A stretch of 64,000 bases of DNA from a virus: IMG/VR virus record IMGVR_UViG_3300037852_000220, positions 1-64,000 of that record; one strand, 5' to 3'. The notes below the pieces were generated by a model, which saw only the letters and a list, made by a program, of their open reading frames with translations, did not search any database and had not been told where the DNA came from. The translations under genes were made by a program, and so were the position numbers. Positions 28,060 to 38,066 of this stretch are shown here, piece by piece. How positions within the stretch are numbered: the stretch's first letter is position 1; each line of letters opens with the position of its first letter.

Positions 28060-28385
28060 GGCACCGTGATGAAGTAAAGATTTCCGTTGTCGCCCAGATT
28101 GCTATATGTCGGCACCGCGTCGGTGTCGTAGTCAGTCATGGCTACGAGCGACCCTCCGAAATTCAAGTAACCGTACTGTCCGAGGAGATCACAACCTGTG
28201 ACCAGCGCGATTCCTGTAACGATGTTATTTCCCGACTGATCGGCAATATCGAGTGTCCAGCTGTTCGCATTGGAATTGAAATTGAGCGTCAGCGTGTATA
28301 CCGTGCCGCCCAATGAGATACCCAACTGCTGCTGAGAGCTGGTCAAAGGAATACGATAGGGGGTCATGGCGCCACTCCTATCCAC
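28056..28385 (-). CDS. tail protein (109 aa)
   Basis: ORF track, synteny. Confidence 0.45.
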   Translation of the reverse strand: MDRSGAMTPYRIPLTSSQQQLGISLGGTVYTLTLNFNSNANSWTLDIADQSGNNIVTGIALVTGCDLLGQYGYLNFGGSLVAMTDYDTDAVPTYSNLGDNGNLYFITVP

Positions 28386-29044
28386 ACGCCTGCGGCGGTC
28401 GCATTGAAGTTGGGTGCGGCCGCAACCGACAAACGACCCGTTAACTGCACCGGATTCGTATCCTGAGGAGATTGTTGAGCGGACTGAGGCGCAGCCACCG
28501 GGACAATTTGCGTTAGCGCAATCAGCACTTGACGCATGTGCAACGTCACTCCGAGCATGTTGACTTTTTCTTTGTCGGATTCGGTGGAGATCCCTTGGAT
28601 CATCATTTGCGAATACTGACGCTTGCTAGTGACAACCGTATAAAGCACGCGCGCCGTCTGACCCCGAATCAGTTGCGTGTAAATGGCAGCCAACTGCGCA
28701 ATGTATTCCGCACCGGGAGTGCTGTTTCCAATTCGACCGAGATCGAATAGCTGTTGCCCCGACCAACCAATATGCAAAGTGAGCTCGGCAGGCTTCTTGA
28801 ACGAATGATCAGTGATGGGCGCACCCTGTTCGATCGGGTGATCCTCGATCTCCATCTCGTCGTGATGAATCTCTTCGAGCGTGACCTGGCCGATGAATTG
28901 AGGATTGTTCGCCTGCGACGCCGGCAGCCCATTCTGCAGAATGTTGTCCTGACCAACGAGCGCGCCCGTCGTCCCGACCTCGGGGTAGAGGCCGCGAACG
29001 AGTTGCAGACCGGGCACTGGTGCGTTTGTGAGAGGCATGATCAA
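28364..29044 (-). CDS. tail protein (226 aa; DNA-circulation/gp43-like region)
   Basis: ORF track, synteny. Confidence 0.45.
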   Translation of the reverse strand: MIMPLTNAPVPGLQLVRGLYPEVGTTGALVGQDNILQNGLPASQANNPQFIGQVTLEEIHHDEMEIEDHPIEQGAPITDHSFKKPAELTLHIGWSGQQLFDLGRIGNSTPGAEYIAQLAAIYTQLIRGQTARVLYTVVTSKRQYSQMMIQGISTESDKEKVNMLGVTLHMRQVLIALTQIVPVAAPQSAQQSPQDTNPVQLTGRLSVAAAPNFNATAAGVWIGVAP

Positions 29045-30474
29045 TTCGCAAAAAGACCGACGCCATCGCGGAACAGATCCGCATTTGTGCGTCGCACTTT
29101 CGATTGTACAACCTCACCGACGGCACCCGCATCGGAGCCGCTGATGTTGAAATTCTGCGTTACTTGGGGCGCGAAGACCTTCGAACCTTCGCCTCGAACT
29201 TGCGCATTGACGTCGCCGAGACGCGTATTGCCCAGAATCTTGTTTGGATACTCGGTAGTCTCTTTCGTCAGCGGGCCATACTTCTTGCCTCCGGCCAGCT
29301 GATCGTCTATGCGGCCCGATCCTGCATTGTAGGCTTGTAACGCCAAGCGGTAATTGCCTTTGTATTTGTCCAGCAACTCTTTCAAGAATTTCGCCGCTTC
29401 GAAGATGTCACGCATCGGATCCTGTCCCGCTTCGAACCCACGACCACGCGCAGTGGCCGGCATGAATTGAGCCACACCTTTGGCACCCGCAGGACTTTCG
29501 GCGGTCGGATTCCACGCGGATTCTTGCTTGAGCATGCGCATGAATATGTTCGGATCTAGCCCGAATTTCATTGCATCCTTTTGCGCTTCGATCTGCAGAT
29601 CCTGCGTGGATATATTGCTGAACTTAGGTTTCCCCACACCACCGGCAGCCCGTAAACGCGCTTCGTCTTCAGGCTTCAGTTTCATTGTTGGGAATGCATT
29701 CTCGAACATATTTTTCCAATCACCTCTCAACATATGATCGAGTACCGAGGATGCTTTCGTGGCAGTATCTACGGCATCATTCATGTAGCTGTTCAACCCG
29801 AGCCATTTCGCACCAAGACCAGAGATCTCCTGTCCGATGATGCCGAGCTGTCGATTGAATTCTGCACCTTGCGATGCGGCCGTCTGATAGTTCTGGCCAC
29901 TCAGTTTCATGATGTCTTGCGACTTCTTGAACTGTTCGTCCAACACTGGCAACTCTTTAACCAGCTGCACGAAGTTGCGCTCATTCATGTGCAACCAGTC
30001 TTGGGCCAGCTGGAGGGCCGTGTAGCGCTCGCCGCCCCCTCGGTTGTACATGGCCGCCAACATATGCTCCACGTCCTTAGCAACGAACTCCGTGGGTTGT
30101 TTGGTGTTGATGCCCCATCCGCGCAACAGACTCTCGGTGCCCGGTTTACGCAGCATGTCGCCGATCGCCTCAATGGCCTCAGTGGCCACGCCGGCCTGCA
30201 GTCCCACGCCTTGGAATGCCGCCTCAGTGGCCTTCAAACCGGCGACTGTTGCGCCTGTACGCTCGCTGATATAGAAAAGACGTGACAGGCCGTCGGCCAT
30301 GGACTCGACGAACTTTTCCACCGCCAGACCGACACCGATCATGGTGCCACCGAGAGCCATCGCGCCCTTGGTGGTCTCGCTGAGTTGCGAGCGAAACTTC
30401 TTGCCACCAGCCTCGTCAATCTTGAAGCCGATGGCAATCAGAAACTCTTTTAGGATTTCGGATTCAGTGGCCAT
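29041..30474 (-). CDS. tape measure protein with lytic transglycosylase (SLT) domain
   Basis: TM helix, coiled regions, SLT motifs MLKQESAWNPTAES..GVAQFMP..AYNAG; follows chaperone frameshift pair. Confidence 0.65.
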   Translation of the reverse strand: MATESEILKEFLIAIGFKIDEAGGKKFRSQLSETTKGAMALGGTMIGVGLAVEKFVESMADGLSRLFYISERTGATVAGLKATEAAFQGVGLQAGVATEAIEAIGDMLRKPGTESLLRGWGINTKQPTEFVAKDVEHMLAAMYNRGGGERYTALQLAQDWLHMNERNFVQLVKELPVLDEQFKKSQDIMKLSGQNYQTAASQGAEFNRQLGIIGQEISGLGAKWLGLNSYMNDAVDTATKASSVLDHMLRGDWKNMFENAFPTMKLKPEDEARLRAAGGVGKPKFSNISTQDLQIEAQKDAMKFGLDPNIFMRMLKQESAWNPTAESPAGAKGVAQFMPATARGRGFEAGQDPMRDIFEAAKFLKELLDKYKGNYRLALQAYNAGSGRIDDQLAGGKKYGPLTKETTEYPNKILGNTRLGDVNAQVRGEGSKVFAPQVTQNFNISGSDAGAVGEVVQSKVRRTNADLFRDGVGLFAN

Positions 30475-31080
30475 GGGAATTCGTGTATTCGGTTATGCGA
30501 TAGCGGTTTTCTTCCTCGACATCGAGAGCCTCATTGGCGAGGACGATGTCCTGTAGATCAAGGGTACCATCTTTCAGGTCCCTCAACGTACACATGCCTG
30601 CGCGCACCGGCCGGTAGAGAAAATCTTCCCCGCCCGACATGGTTACGAGGTCTACGAGGTTCCCTGCGTCGCTTCCTCGACGTTCGATGGGCCGTCGAGG
30701 AGGCCCGACAAGAAAGGGCGAAAATGCTCCATCAGGACAGCCCATACGATCTGCAGCATGGTTGGCAGATCCATCTCACCAAACATCGAGCGTCCATTGA
30801 CGATCAGCTTCAAAGGCTTCCCGTCGGTCTGCACTTCGACAACGGACAGGCACTTGTGGATGACGTAGTTCATCTGCTCGTCGGGAATCTTGGACATGTC
30901 ATCCGACATGACCATCATCATCGCGATCTTGCTGACGGGGATGCCGGCCTGCGCCTGTTTCAGCGACATCAGGATCGGGCTGATCAGCGGCATCACTCGA
31001 CGGAGGACGTGAAACTGGTCCTCACAATTCAACTTGCCAATCAGATAGGTCTTGCCGCCGAAATCAAATTCGGTGGCCAT
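30464..31080 (-). CDS. tail assembly chaperone long form via -1 programmed frameshift
   Basis: 93-aa -1-frame ORF overlaps chaperone 3' end and terminates overlapping the tape-measure ATG. Confidence 0.35.
30652..31080 (-). CDS. tail assembly chaperone (short form)
   Basis: start MATEFDF at 31080 (2 nt after tube stop); position between tube and tape measure. Confidence 0.5.
   Translation of the reverse strand: MATEFDFGGKTYLIGKLNCEDQFHVLRRVMPLISPILMSLKQAQAGIPVSKIAMMMVMSDDMSKIPDEQMNYVIHKCLSVVEVQTDGKPLKLIVNGRSMFGEMDLPTMLQIVWAVLMEHFRPFLSGLLDGPSNVEEATQGTS
30712..30718 (-). other. candidate slippery heptamer C CCT TTC (X XXY YYZ) for -1 frameshift
   Basis: in zero frame of chaperone inside overlap with -1 ORF. 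Confidence 0.35.
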
Positions 31081-31082
31081 GA

Positions 31083-31532
31083 TTAGACCGCTACTCCGAG
31101 CACTTGGGTCGCATCGCCGACCAGGAATGTCCACTCGAACATTTTGCCGGTTTTGTCATATGTGTTGTCGGGAATTTTCTCGAACGCCACCTGGGACGCC
31201 GTCACTTCGTCACCAGTGGCGAAGTTCGTGATGGAGATCACATTGCGGCCCCAGAGTGCCCCGGAGGTCCGCTGGACTTCGACCAGGGCCATCAACTGTG
31301 CATTGACCGGGGACGTTTTCAGGAGGCGCAGGGTCATGCGCGCGCCGCGAGTGGCCTGCAGAACCTGCATAGCCGTGGCATCCGCACCGATCTGCATGTG
31401 GCCGACATTGTCGACCTGGGCCACGGTGATGCCTTCTTCTGCGACGCCGGCCGTCGAGCCGATGCTGATATTCGCCCCCGTGGAGGCGTCCACGAGAGTG
31501 GCGTGGACGTCGATGAAGGAATAGGTTGCCAT
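31083..31532 (-). CDS. tail tube protein
   Basis: 149 aa directly downstream of sheath gene. Confidence 0.6.
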   Translation of the reverse strand: MATYSFIDVHATLVDASTGANISIGSTAGVAEEGITVAQVDNVGHMQIGADATAMQVLQATRGARMTLRLLKTSPVNAQLMALVEVQRTSGALWGRNVISITNFATGDEVTASQVAFEKIPDNTYDKTGKMFEWTFLVGDATQVLGVAV

Positions 31533-31544
31533 GAACGTTCCTTG

Positions 31545-33062
31545 TTACTGGTTGACAGTGACTGCGACGTTGACGGTTTGAACCGCCCCCGCCAGCTTGA
31601 TTGCGACCTGGATCGGCACCGATTTGCGCGCGAGGCGATCGGTCGGATTCTGCACGTTAACGGATGGCGCGAAAATGTAGAAACCGGTCGGCATGAAGTC
31701 ACCTTGCTTCAGCGTCCCGAAGCCGCCCACGTTCCACACCCCCGGCGCGATGAACCCATTGTTGACGTACTGCACGCAATCCTTCTTGATCACCGCGGTG
31801 ATTTGATGCGTACCCGGGTCGGTCTGCGGGATCTTCGTCGGCGACAGATAGAGCAGGTTGTAGAGATCGGTCTGCATCTGAATGGCAAAGTTGTCCGAAC
31901 CGATCAGAACGTCAGCATACAGATTCGACGCGCTCACAAACGACTCGAGAATTGCCGTGTTGTTGTTGTAGGCCGCAAACACATTCGCATTGAACCCTTG
32001 CAACGTCGCAAGCTGCGTCGCGTTCAGGTTCTCCGCGGAGATCAGCGGTTCCTGCTTGTACATCAGCGTGATGACCGTGTTGTTGCCGCCGTAGTTCGTG
32101 GTCAGGATCCGTGCGAAAGCGCTGGTGATCGCGTACGGGCTGGTGGCCGAGTATTGCGTGTAGGTGCGATTCAGCTTCAGCTGCTTCAGCAAATACGCCA
32201 CATTGGTCGTGTCCGACGGATTGTTGATGATCGCGCCTTCACTGGTAGTGACGCCGTAGATATGCTTGTTGCCCGAGCCTTCGATGTAACTGGCAACGGC
32301 CACATGATCCGTGTCGCTCGTGATCGTCGGCATGGTCAGTGCGTACCACGTTTGACCGAACAGATTGTCGAACAGCGTTGCGGCGCTCACGGCGCTCTCG
32401 GCAGCCAGGCCCGGTGCCACATACGCGCCCGAGCTCGCGTCGCTCGACAGACCTTCCATCGGACCCGAGATGTCGGTGCCAGTCGTACCGGCGGTCAGGA
32501 ATGAAACCGTACTTGCCGAGCCGGTCGTGCCCGAATAGATCTCGAAGCGGGTAAAATTGGCGTTGTACACGCACGTTGCGGTATTGCTGAATGTGGTACG
32601 AATTGCGGCCTGAATAACGGCAGCGACACCATTCAGACTCAGCGCGGCCGCGAACGGCGTACCGCTCATCACGACTTGCGTCACCGACCCACCATCGAAC
32701 GCCACTGCAAATGATGCACTGGTCAGTGCAGTCCAGTAACTGAGCAGCAATTGCGCGGGTTCCAGAACGCCAGCAATCAGCGCGCCATTGGTTGCAGTCT
32801 GTGCCCACCGGCCGATCGCGATGCTAGTCGGCTGCGGGGTCTGAGCGAACCACAGATTGGCTGCCAGATACTCGGGCGCGCTCGTGCCGAAGTCAGCGGC
32901 GACGGCACCCAAGGTCGTGTAATAACGAATGCGAGTGATCGTGTCGATCACCGCCGAATTGCCAAGCACTAGTTCAACGGACGTATTTTGCGCCTGCGCG
33001 GCGGCCGGCGACAGATTGACCGAGACCTGGATCAGGGCGTCAATGGAAAGAGTTGCGGGCAT
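31545..33062 (-). CDS. tail sheath protein
   Basis: ~505 aa, start MPATLSID at 33062 avoids overlap; synteny sheath-tube-chaperone-TMP. Confidence 0.65.
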   Translation of the reverse strand: MPATLSIDALIQVSVNLSPAAAQAQNTSVELVLGNSAVIDTITRIRYYTTLGAVAADFGTSAPEYLAANLWFAQTPQPTSIAIGRWAQTATNGALIAGVLEPAQLLLSYWTALTSASFAVAFDGGSVTQVVMSGTPFAAALSLNGVAAVIQAAIRTTFSNTATCVYNANFTRFEIYSGTTGSASTVSFLTAGTTGTDISGPMEGLSSDASSGAYVAPGLAAESAVSAATLFDNLFGQTWYALTMPTITSDTDHVAVASYIEGSGNKHIYGVTTSEGAIINNPSDTTNVAYLLKQLKLNRTYTQYSATSPYAITSAFARILTTNYGGNNTVITLMYKQEPLISAENLNATQLATLQGFNANVFAAYNNNTAILESFVSASNLYADVLIGSDNFAIQMQTDLYNLLYLSPTKIPQTDPGTHQITAVIKKDCVQYVNNGFIAPGVWNVGGFGTLKQGDFMPTGFYIFAPSVNVQNPTDRLARKSVPIQVAIKLAGAVQTVNVAVTVNQ

Positions 33063-33075
33063 GCTGGACTCCCAA

Positions 33076-33732
33076 TCAAGTGACCGTCGCCATGGCGGAC
33101 ACGGTATCGAAACCTTCACCTATCGACGCGTCCCCATCAGGCCGAGCCAGCAGGATGGTGGTCGTGTACGACTCGTTATTTACGGTCACATTGATGGCGA
33201 CAAGGTCCTGAATCGCATACCAACGGACAATCTGACGACGTATTCTAACAGGCAAATCCACGCGATAGAGCCAGCGCTCCTTCACAAGGGAGGGTACTGT
33301 ACGAAGTTCCCCGGTGTCGACCAGGCTCGCATTTTGGGTATTCAAGATGGCTAGATTTTGCGGGATGTACAGCCCATCGCGCAATAGCGCCGCATAGTAA
33401 TCGGCGGTACCGTCAGGGCTGTAGAACGACACCAGAATCTCAAGCGTCTCGTGTGTCTGGAACTCGTCATGCTCGGGCATGTTGCCCGACTGCGGCACGT
33501 GTCGTTGATAGGAGAATTTTGGATTCGAACGCTTCACGACACCAAACGCTGCCCATGGGCCAGTCGGCAGATTTGCGACGTCCGGAAACTGCCAGCGCGG
33601 AAAGAACGACGTGCCAGGCAGACCCGTAATGCCGACGAAGATGGGCTGCAGGAAACGAAAAAGATCCTGACCTTCGAGAGGTGCGGGCGCACTATACGGC
33701 AGCAGATATCCGCTGGTTGCCGAAGTGTTCAT
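33076..33732 (-). CDS. hypothetical tail/neck protein (218 aa)
   Basis: ORF track. Confidence 0.45.
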   Translation of the reverse strand: MNTSATSGYLLPYSAPAPLEGQDLFRFLQPIFVGITGLPGTSFFPRWQFPDVANLPTGPWAAFGVVKRSNPKFSYQRHVPQSGNMPEHDEFQTHETLEILVSFYSPDGTADYYAALLRDGLYIPQNLAILNTQNASLVDTGELRTVPSLVKERWLYRVDLPVRIRRQIVRWYAIQDLVAINVTVNNESYTTTILLARPDGDASIGEGFDTVSAMATVT

Positions 33733-34145
33733 CGCGTCACCGTTGCATCAATCCGATCCACGCTCGTGGCCACAACGCGCACCCAACCTGGGCCAAAATG
33801 GTTCCATGGCAGCACTTGCACGATCATGAATGTGTCGCCGCTCCAGAGCAGCAGATCGGGTTGCCGTTGCGTGGGCGGTATCGTATTCAGCTGTACCGCA
33901 GCAGTGTTCAGCAACGCCCTCGTGAAAATCACTATGTTGCGTTGCCCGTACTGTATGTCGTCGCGTCGCTTCAGATCCGCCGGCTTGGCTGGCGTTACCA
34001 CACCGAGTATGTTGCGCGTGATTGTGTCGTTGGTACTGACCTCTCCGAGATTGCTGACGCTCTGCACGCGCTGGACGACATCGAACCGATCCGTAAACTG
34101 CGGATCCAGAAGCATGATGCTCGGATCGAGGAACGGCCCGGCCAT
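33729..34145 (-). CDS. hypothetical structural protein
   Basis: internal Met at 34145 chosen to avoid overlap. Confidence 0.4.
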   Translation of the reverse strand: MAGPFLDPSIMLLDPQFTDRFDVVQRVQSVSNLGEVSTNDTITRNILGVVTPAKPADLKRRDDIQYGQRNIVIFTRALLNTAAVQLNTIPPTQRQPDLLLWSGDTFMIVQVLPWNHFGPGWVRVVATSVDRIDATVTR

Positions 34146-34149
34146 GGCT

Positions 34150-34695
34150 TTACCTGCTGCGTCGAGCGTACAGAATCCCAAGCGCAGTCAGGTCGGTACC
34201 GCTGGTTACAGTAACGTTCAGCACAAGATAGACGGTGGTTGGAGTCGACACATTGAACGGTTGCGGTGCAGGTACATCCGACACAGGTGTCGCCAACGCG
34301 ATGCCGTAGACGTCCGACGCACAGAGATACGCTGCCGGCAATACCCCCGTCGTGGTGCTGATGCCGACAGTCGCTTGCGCAGGCACCGCAGAACCGCCCG
34401 TACTGGTCAGAACCATCGAGCCCCACACATCCCAATCACCCGCCGGTAGTGTCAACGAAATCAGGTTGTGAGTGCCAGTGGCAGCGAATGCCACGGGGCT
34501 CGCAGTTACGGCCTGAAGCAACTGCCCCACGGTTCCTGCCGCAGCAGCGCTGCCGTCGGTGATTCCGGGAATTTGCCCGATCGGCGAAAACACGGACAAT
34601 CCTTGTGCGGTTTGAATCCCCGACGGAATGCCGTTGGTCAGCTGTAGCAGGCAAATTTCGCCGGCAATTCCAAGATCGATGTATGCAACGGCCAT
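34150..34695 (-). CDS. hypothetical virion protein (181 aa)
   Basis: ORF track. Confidence 0.45.
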   Translation of the reverse strand: MAVAYIDLGIAGEICLLQLTNGIPSGIQTAQGLSVFSPIGQIPGITDGSAAAAGTVGQLLQAVTASPVAFAATGTHNLISLTLPAGDWDVWGSMVLTSTGGSAVPAQATVGISTTTGVLPAAYLCASDVYGIALATPVSDVPAPQPFNVSTPTTVYLVLNVTVTSGTDLTALGILYARRSR

Positions 34696-34704
34696 GTCGT
34701 TCTC

Positions 34705-34932
34705 CTACTGGTTCTTGACCAGATCTGTGCGCTCGCGCTTCTGCTTTTCAGAACGCTCGCCCGGATGCGAACCCGGTGTGAACACCCCCGCACCATTGCG
34801 CGGATGTTCTGATTTCTGCAGCGGTTTTCCGGGGCCCGATCCAAACTGTCCGCGACCACCTCGCGGATGTTCCTTTGGATCGAAATCGACTGTCCGCGTG
34901 CCGGTACTGTCGTGGATGTGGATTTTGATCAT
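34705..34932 (-). CDS. hypothetical protein (75 aa)
   Basis: ORF track. Confidence 0.35.
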   Translation of the reverse strand: MIKIHIHDSTGTRTVDFDPKEHPRGGRGQFGSGPGKPLQKSEHPRNGAGVFTPGSHPGERSEKQKRERTDLVKNQ

Positions 34933-34969
34933 TCGTTATTCCCGAATCGCGAATACTTCCGTTCGGAGT

Positions 34970-35224
34970 TTAAAGCATCGGGTTGCGAGCTTTCGCCTTT
35001 TCATGGGCGGCCTGGCGCGCGGCTTCGACAGCTTCGCGCGAATGCTTCGCAGCATACGCGGCCGCACCAGTGGCAGGAGTGCGCGCAGGGGCGGTTCCGG
35101 TTTTGGTCGCGAATTTGCCGCCTTCCCGTTTGTGCTTGTTTTCTTCGAATGCACCGGCATCCGCGACGTGTTGTTCGAACATGCCTGGATGCAAATGCAA
35201 ATAAATGTGGGTCACGCGCGCCAT
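34970..35224 (-). CDS. hypothetical protein (84 aa)
   Basis: ORF track. Confidence 0.4.
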   Translation of the reverse strand: MARVTHIYLHLHPGMFEQHVADAGAFEENKHKREGGKFATKTGTAPARTPATGAAAYAAKHSREAVEAARQAAHEKAKARNPML

Positions 35225-35226
35225 GA

Positions 35227-35796
35227 TTAGCCTCGGCTTTTGTCTCTGACTATGTATGTTACAGCATTGCGCATCTCTGCCTCGTCGACCAGAGTGTTTG
35301 TTCGAGTTACCCCACGAGCGCGCCGATCGGCCAGTGTGCGTTCCGCCAGCGGCGGGGGCGTATTCGAGTTAATCATCTCTTTTATCGAATCGGCTGCCGC
35401 CAGTCCTGCGGCATGCATTCCTTGATCGACTGACTGCGCATTACCGGCCATGGCCGCGCGCGCTACGGATGCCATCCGTTTGTTGATTTCTTCTCGGGCC
35501 GCCTCGATACCAGGCATCACCGTCGGACGCGCCGGGATATTGGCCTCAGGCGCGCCGTACTCGCTGATGTACAGCCGAGCGGCATTGTTCAGACTTTCAC
35601 CGTCCTGACGATCAGCCTTGTCGGACGGAATCCCCACGAGCACCTCTTGCTTTACGAGGTCATCCAGAGCCTGCAAAACGACCTGTGAGCGATCCTTCGT
35701 CTGGGATGCGCCGTTGCCGCCAATGACTTTGAACGCGTTACCCAGGCGCCCCGCAATCGCGCGCAAGGCCGCTTCATCAAACTGAGGGCCGGCCAT
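35227..35796 (-). CDS. putative head-tail joining protein (189 aa)
   Basis: ORF track, synteny. Confidence 0.45.
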   Translation of the reverse strand: MAGPQFDEAALRAIAGRLGNAFKVIGGNGASQTKDRSQVVLQALDDLVKQEVLVGIPSDKADRQDGESLNNAARLYISEYGAPEANIPARPTVMPGIEAAREEINKRMASVARAAMAGNAQSVDQGMHAAGLAAADSIKEMINSNTPPPLAERTLADRRARGVTRTNTLVDEAEMRNAVTYIVRDKSRG

Positions 35797-35799
35797 GGA

Positions 35800-36282
35800 T
35801 CACTCCGAGAAGTCTTCAAACCGAGGACCCGACCAGGCAGGCCCCATCGGGAAGAAGACTCCGCCGAATTGCCCGGCCGGCGCAAATCCCGGACGTGTTT
35901 GGATCGGCCCGGATCCAAATTGACGTGCCAGCTTAACGAACATCGTGCCATAGCGCGTATTCGACCACGGGCCATCTTCCGCGTTCGTTCCGAGAGCCGT
36001 GTCGTAGGCGATCGTGAGTTCGCCGACCGTCTTGCTGGAGATTGGGCCGACCGTCATCCCCGGGGGCGCACCATTGCCGCCCTCGGCCGTAGAGAGCCCT
36101 TGCATCGAGATCTGATGCGCCGTATACAGCTGAGCACCCAAATCGATCGCCGTCTTCCAACGCCTGGTCGACAGGAACGTGTAGGCCCATTGCAGCCACA
36201 TGTTCACCATCGAGTCAGGATAGACCGTGGCTGCCGTGAACTCCGGAAAGTTGGCGCGAAATTGCGCTACGCTGATTGCCAC
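35800..36282 (-). CDS. DUF4054-like head-tail connector protein
   Basis: GTG 36282 behind AGGG; FRANFPEF motif; listed 36387 start would overlap upstream gene by ~100 nt. Confidence 0.4.
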   Translation of the reverse strand: MAISVAQFRANFPEFTAATVYPDSMVNMWLQWAYTFLSTRRWKTAIDLGAQLYTAHQISMQGLSTAEGGNGAPPGMTVGPISSKTVGELTIAYDTALGTNAEDGPWSNTRYGTMFVKLARQFGSGPIQTRPGFAPAGQFGGVFFPMGPAWSGPRFEDFSE

Positions 36283-36290
36283 GATACACC

Positions 36291-36641
36291 CTATTGCGGC
36301 GTGACGATGCCGTTGGAGTTCTCCGGATCGTGCTCGTTGGCACCCCACATCTGGTGCACGCGATTCGCATATTCCAGCGTGTCGCATTTAACCGGCATGT
36401 GGCTGCCGTCGTGACCCATACTTGAGCCTTCGCCGTAGCCGAAGTCCATCACCCGCGCGGCCGGGCTGGCGGCACCTGGCGCCTTTGCTTCGAACGGGCA
36501 CTCGTGATCCTTGTTCGCTTCGCGCTTCGTGTTTTCCGCGATGGCGATGGCTTGTTTCATCGGCATGTCGGGATGCGCATGCTTCTCGATGCTGATGTTT
36601 TCGCCGACCGATTTCTCGGTTCCTGTTTTGACCAGAGGCAT
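36291..36641 (-). CDS. hypothetical protein (116 aa)
   Basis: ORF track. Confidence 0.4.
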   Translation of the reverse strand: MPLVKTGTEKSVGENISIEKHAHPDMPMKQAIAIAENTKREANKDHECPFEAKAPGAASPAARVMDFGYGEGSSMGHDGSHMPVKCDTLEYANRVHQMWGANEHDPENSNGIVTPQ

Positions 36642-36651
36642 GATGCTCTCC

Positions 36652-36843
36652 TTACCTGATGAAACCTGCAGCGCGGAGTTCTACTTCAGTCCAACCCGCG
36701 GCCAAGAAATCCTTGATCGATATCCCTTGGGCCTTACTCGTCATGCGGATATCCTGAAATTGACTATGCGGTACGGTGCCACCGGCAGGCCGACTTGGAT
36801 CGACACTAGGGGCCTTATGGGTAGCGGGTAACAGCATTTTCAT
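36652..36843 (-). CDS. hypothetical protein (63 aa)
   Basis: AGGAG RBS before ATG pair. Confidence 0.35.
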   Translation of the reverse strand: MKMLLPATHKAPSVDPSRPAGGTVPHSQFQDIRMTSKAQGISIKDFLAAGWTEVELRAAGFIR

Positions 36844-36857
36844 TCTCCTGAAAGTGA

Positions 36858-36884
36858 AACGGCCTGGGGGTCGCCCAGGCCGTT
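36858..36884 (-). terminator. 11-bp GC-rich hairpin immediately downstream of major capsid gene (attenuator/terminator)
   Basis: AACGGCCTGGG-ggtcg-CCCAGGCCGTT followed on - strand by TTTCACTTTC. Confidence 0.4.
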
Positions 36885-36937
36885 CCGTTTGCGACCGCGG
36901 TGAGGACGGCCGAGTTCGGCTCGCGGAAAGGACTCTC

Positions 36938-38026
36938 TTACACGCCGTAGCGCGAACCCGCAGTCTCGGGGTACACGACTTCTACGACGCCGAGCCGGCA
37001 GAAGTAGGTCGTCATGTGCCAGATACCGCTGTACTGGATCGGCGTACGCTGAAGCGTGGTCATCGGGAAACGAACCCGGTTGTACTGCTTCGTGTAGCAG
37101 AACATCACGTCGTTCGAGCTCGTCTTCGTACCCGGGACACCGAAGTTCGGGCTCGACAGACCGGCGTTCAGACCGACCAGCCACTTGCACGGGAAGATCT
37201 GCAAACCACCGCCCTTTTGCGCGCGCACGGTGATGTTGTTCTCTTCCAGGTAGCGCAGGATCGACACGTTGCCGGCATTCGATACCTTCTGCGTGCTGAT
37301 GTAGCCGAAAACGATCGGCGGAAGCAGCAGACGATTCGGCATCACTGCCCACGCCGAGGCGGTCCAAACGCTGGTGATGAGCTCGTTCACGTCGGCCAGG
37401 ATTTCATCCGGCTGCTTGCTCACCCACGGGGTGCTGCCGCTGGCGCCCGTTGCCACGATCTTGGTGTTCGTGATCAGCGACGAATTCAGCAGACCGGTGT
37501 CACCCGTGCCCAGGTCACCAACGTACACTTGCTCGTCGATGTCCATCTGGTGCTTCAGCTGCAGGAATTCGAACTTCTGCTGGTCGACAGGGCGGCCCGT
37601 CTTCGCAGCGCTTTCGAGTTCCAGGATCGTGAACTTGACTTCTTGTTCCCAAATCCGCAGCGGGTTGGTGATCTTCGCGATATCCAACGACTGAGCACCC
37701 ACTTGGTTGGTTTGCTTGCCAGCCCACGACTTGCCACGGCCGACGGTGTTACCCGTGCCAAGGCCGCCCGGCGAACCACCAGTCGACAGCGTGAACGAGG
37801 AGAGCTCGTCGGCGATCGTCACGTCGGAGCGCAGATCGATGTCACGGTGCCAGGTGACCGAAGCCAGCGGCATGTGCAGCGTCTGATCCAGACGTTCGAG
37901 CTCGCCCACCATGAACGCGCCGGTCGAGTCGACCGTGCGAATCACTTGCCCCTTGGAGTCACGCACCTTACCGGGTTGCGACAGGGGATACCCATTGGGA
38001 CCCAGTTGAAGATTCGTCATGTCCAT
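36938..38026 (-). CDS. major capsid protein (XkdG/DUF2184-like)
   Basis: 362 aa downstream of protease/scaffold gene and followed by strong hairpin. Confidence 0.65.
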   Translation of the reverse strand: MDMTNLQLGPNGYPLSQPGKVRDSKGQVIRTVDSTGAFMVGELERLDQTLHMPLASVTWHRDIDLRSDVTIADELSSFTLSTGGSPGGLGTGNTVGRGKSWAGKQTNQVGAQSLDIAKITNPLRIWEQEVKFTILELESAAKTGRPVDQQKFEFLQLKHQMDIDEQVYVGDLGTGDTGLLNSSLITNTKIVATGASGSTPWVSKQPDEILADVNELITSVWTASAWAVMPNRLLLPPIVFGYISTQKVSNAGNVSILRYLEENNITVRAQKGGGLQIFPCKWLVGLNAGLSSPNFGVPGTKTSSNDVMFCYTKQYNRVRFPMTTLQRTPIQYSGIWHMTTYFCRLGVVEVVYPETAGSRYGV

Positions 38027-38066
38027 TGCAGTTTCCTTGGTTGTGCGCTGTCAGGCGTCAGATGGA

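Noticed and set aside
31104-32504. 466-aa + strand ORF antisense to tail sheath gene
   Set aside because: Low-complexity Arg-rich product. The - strand ORF fits the sheath-tube-chaperone-tape-measure synteny.
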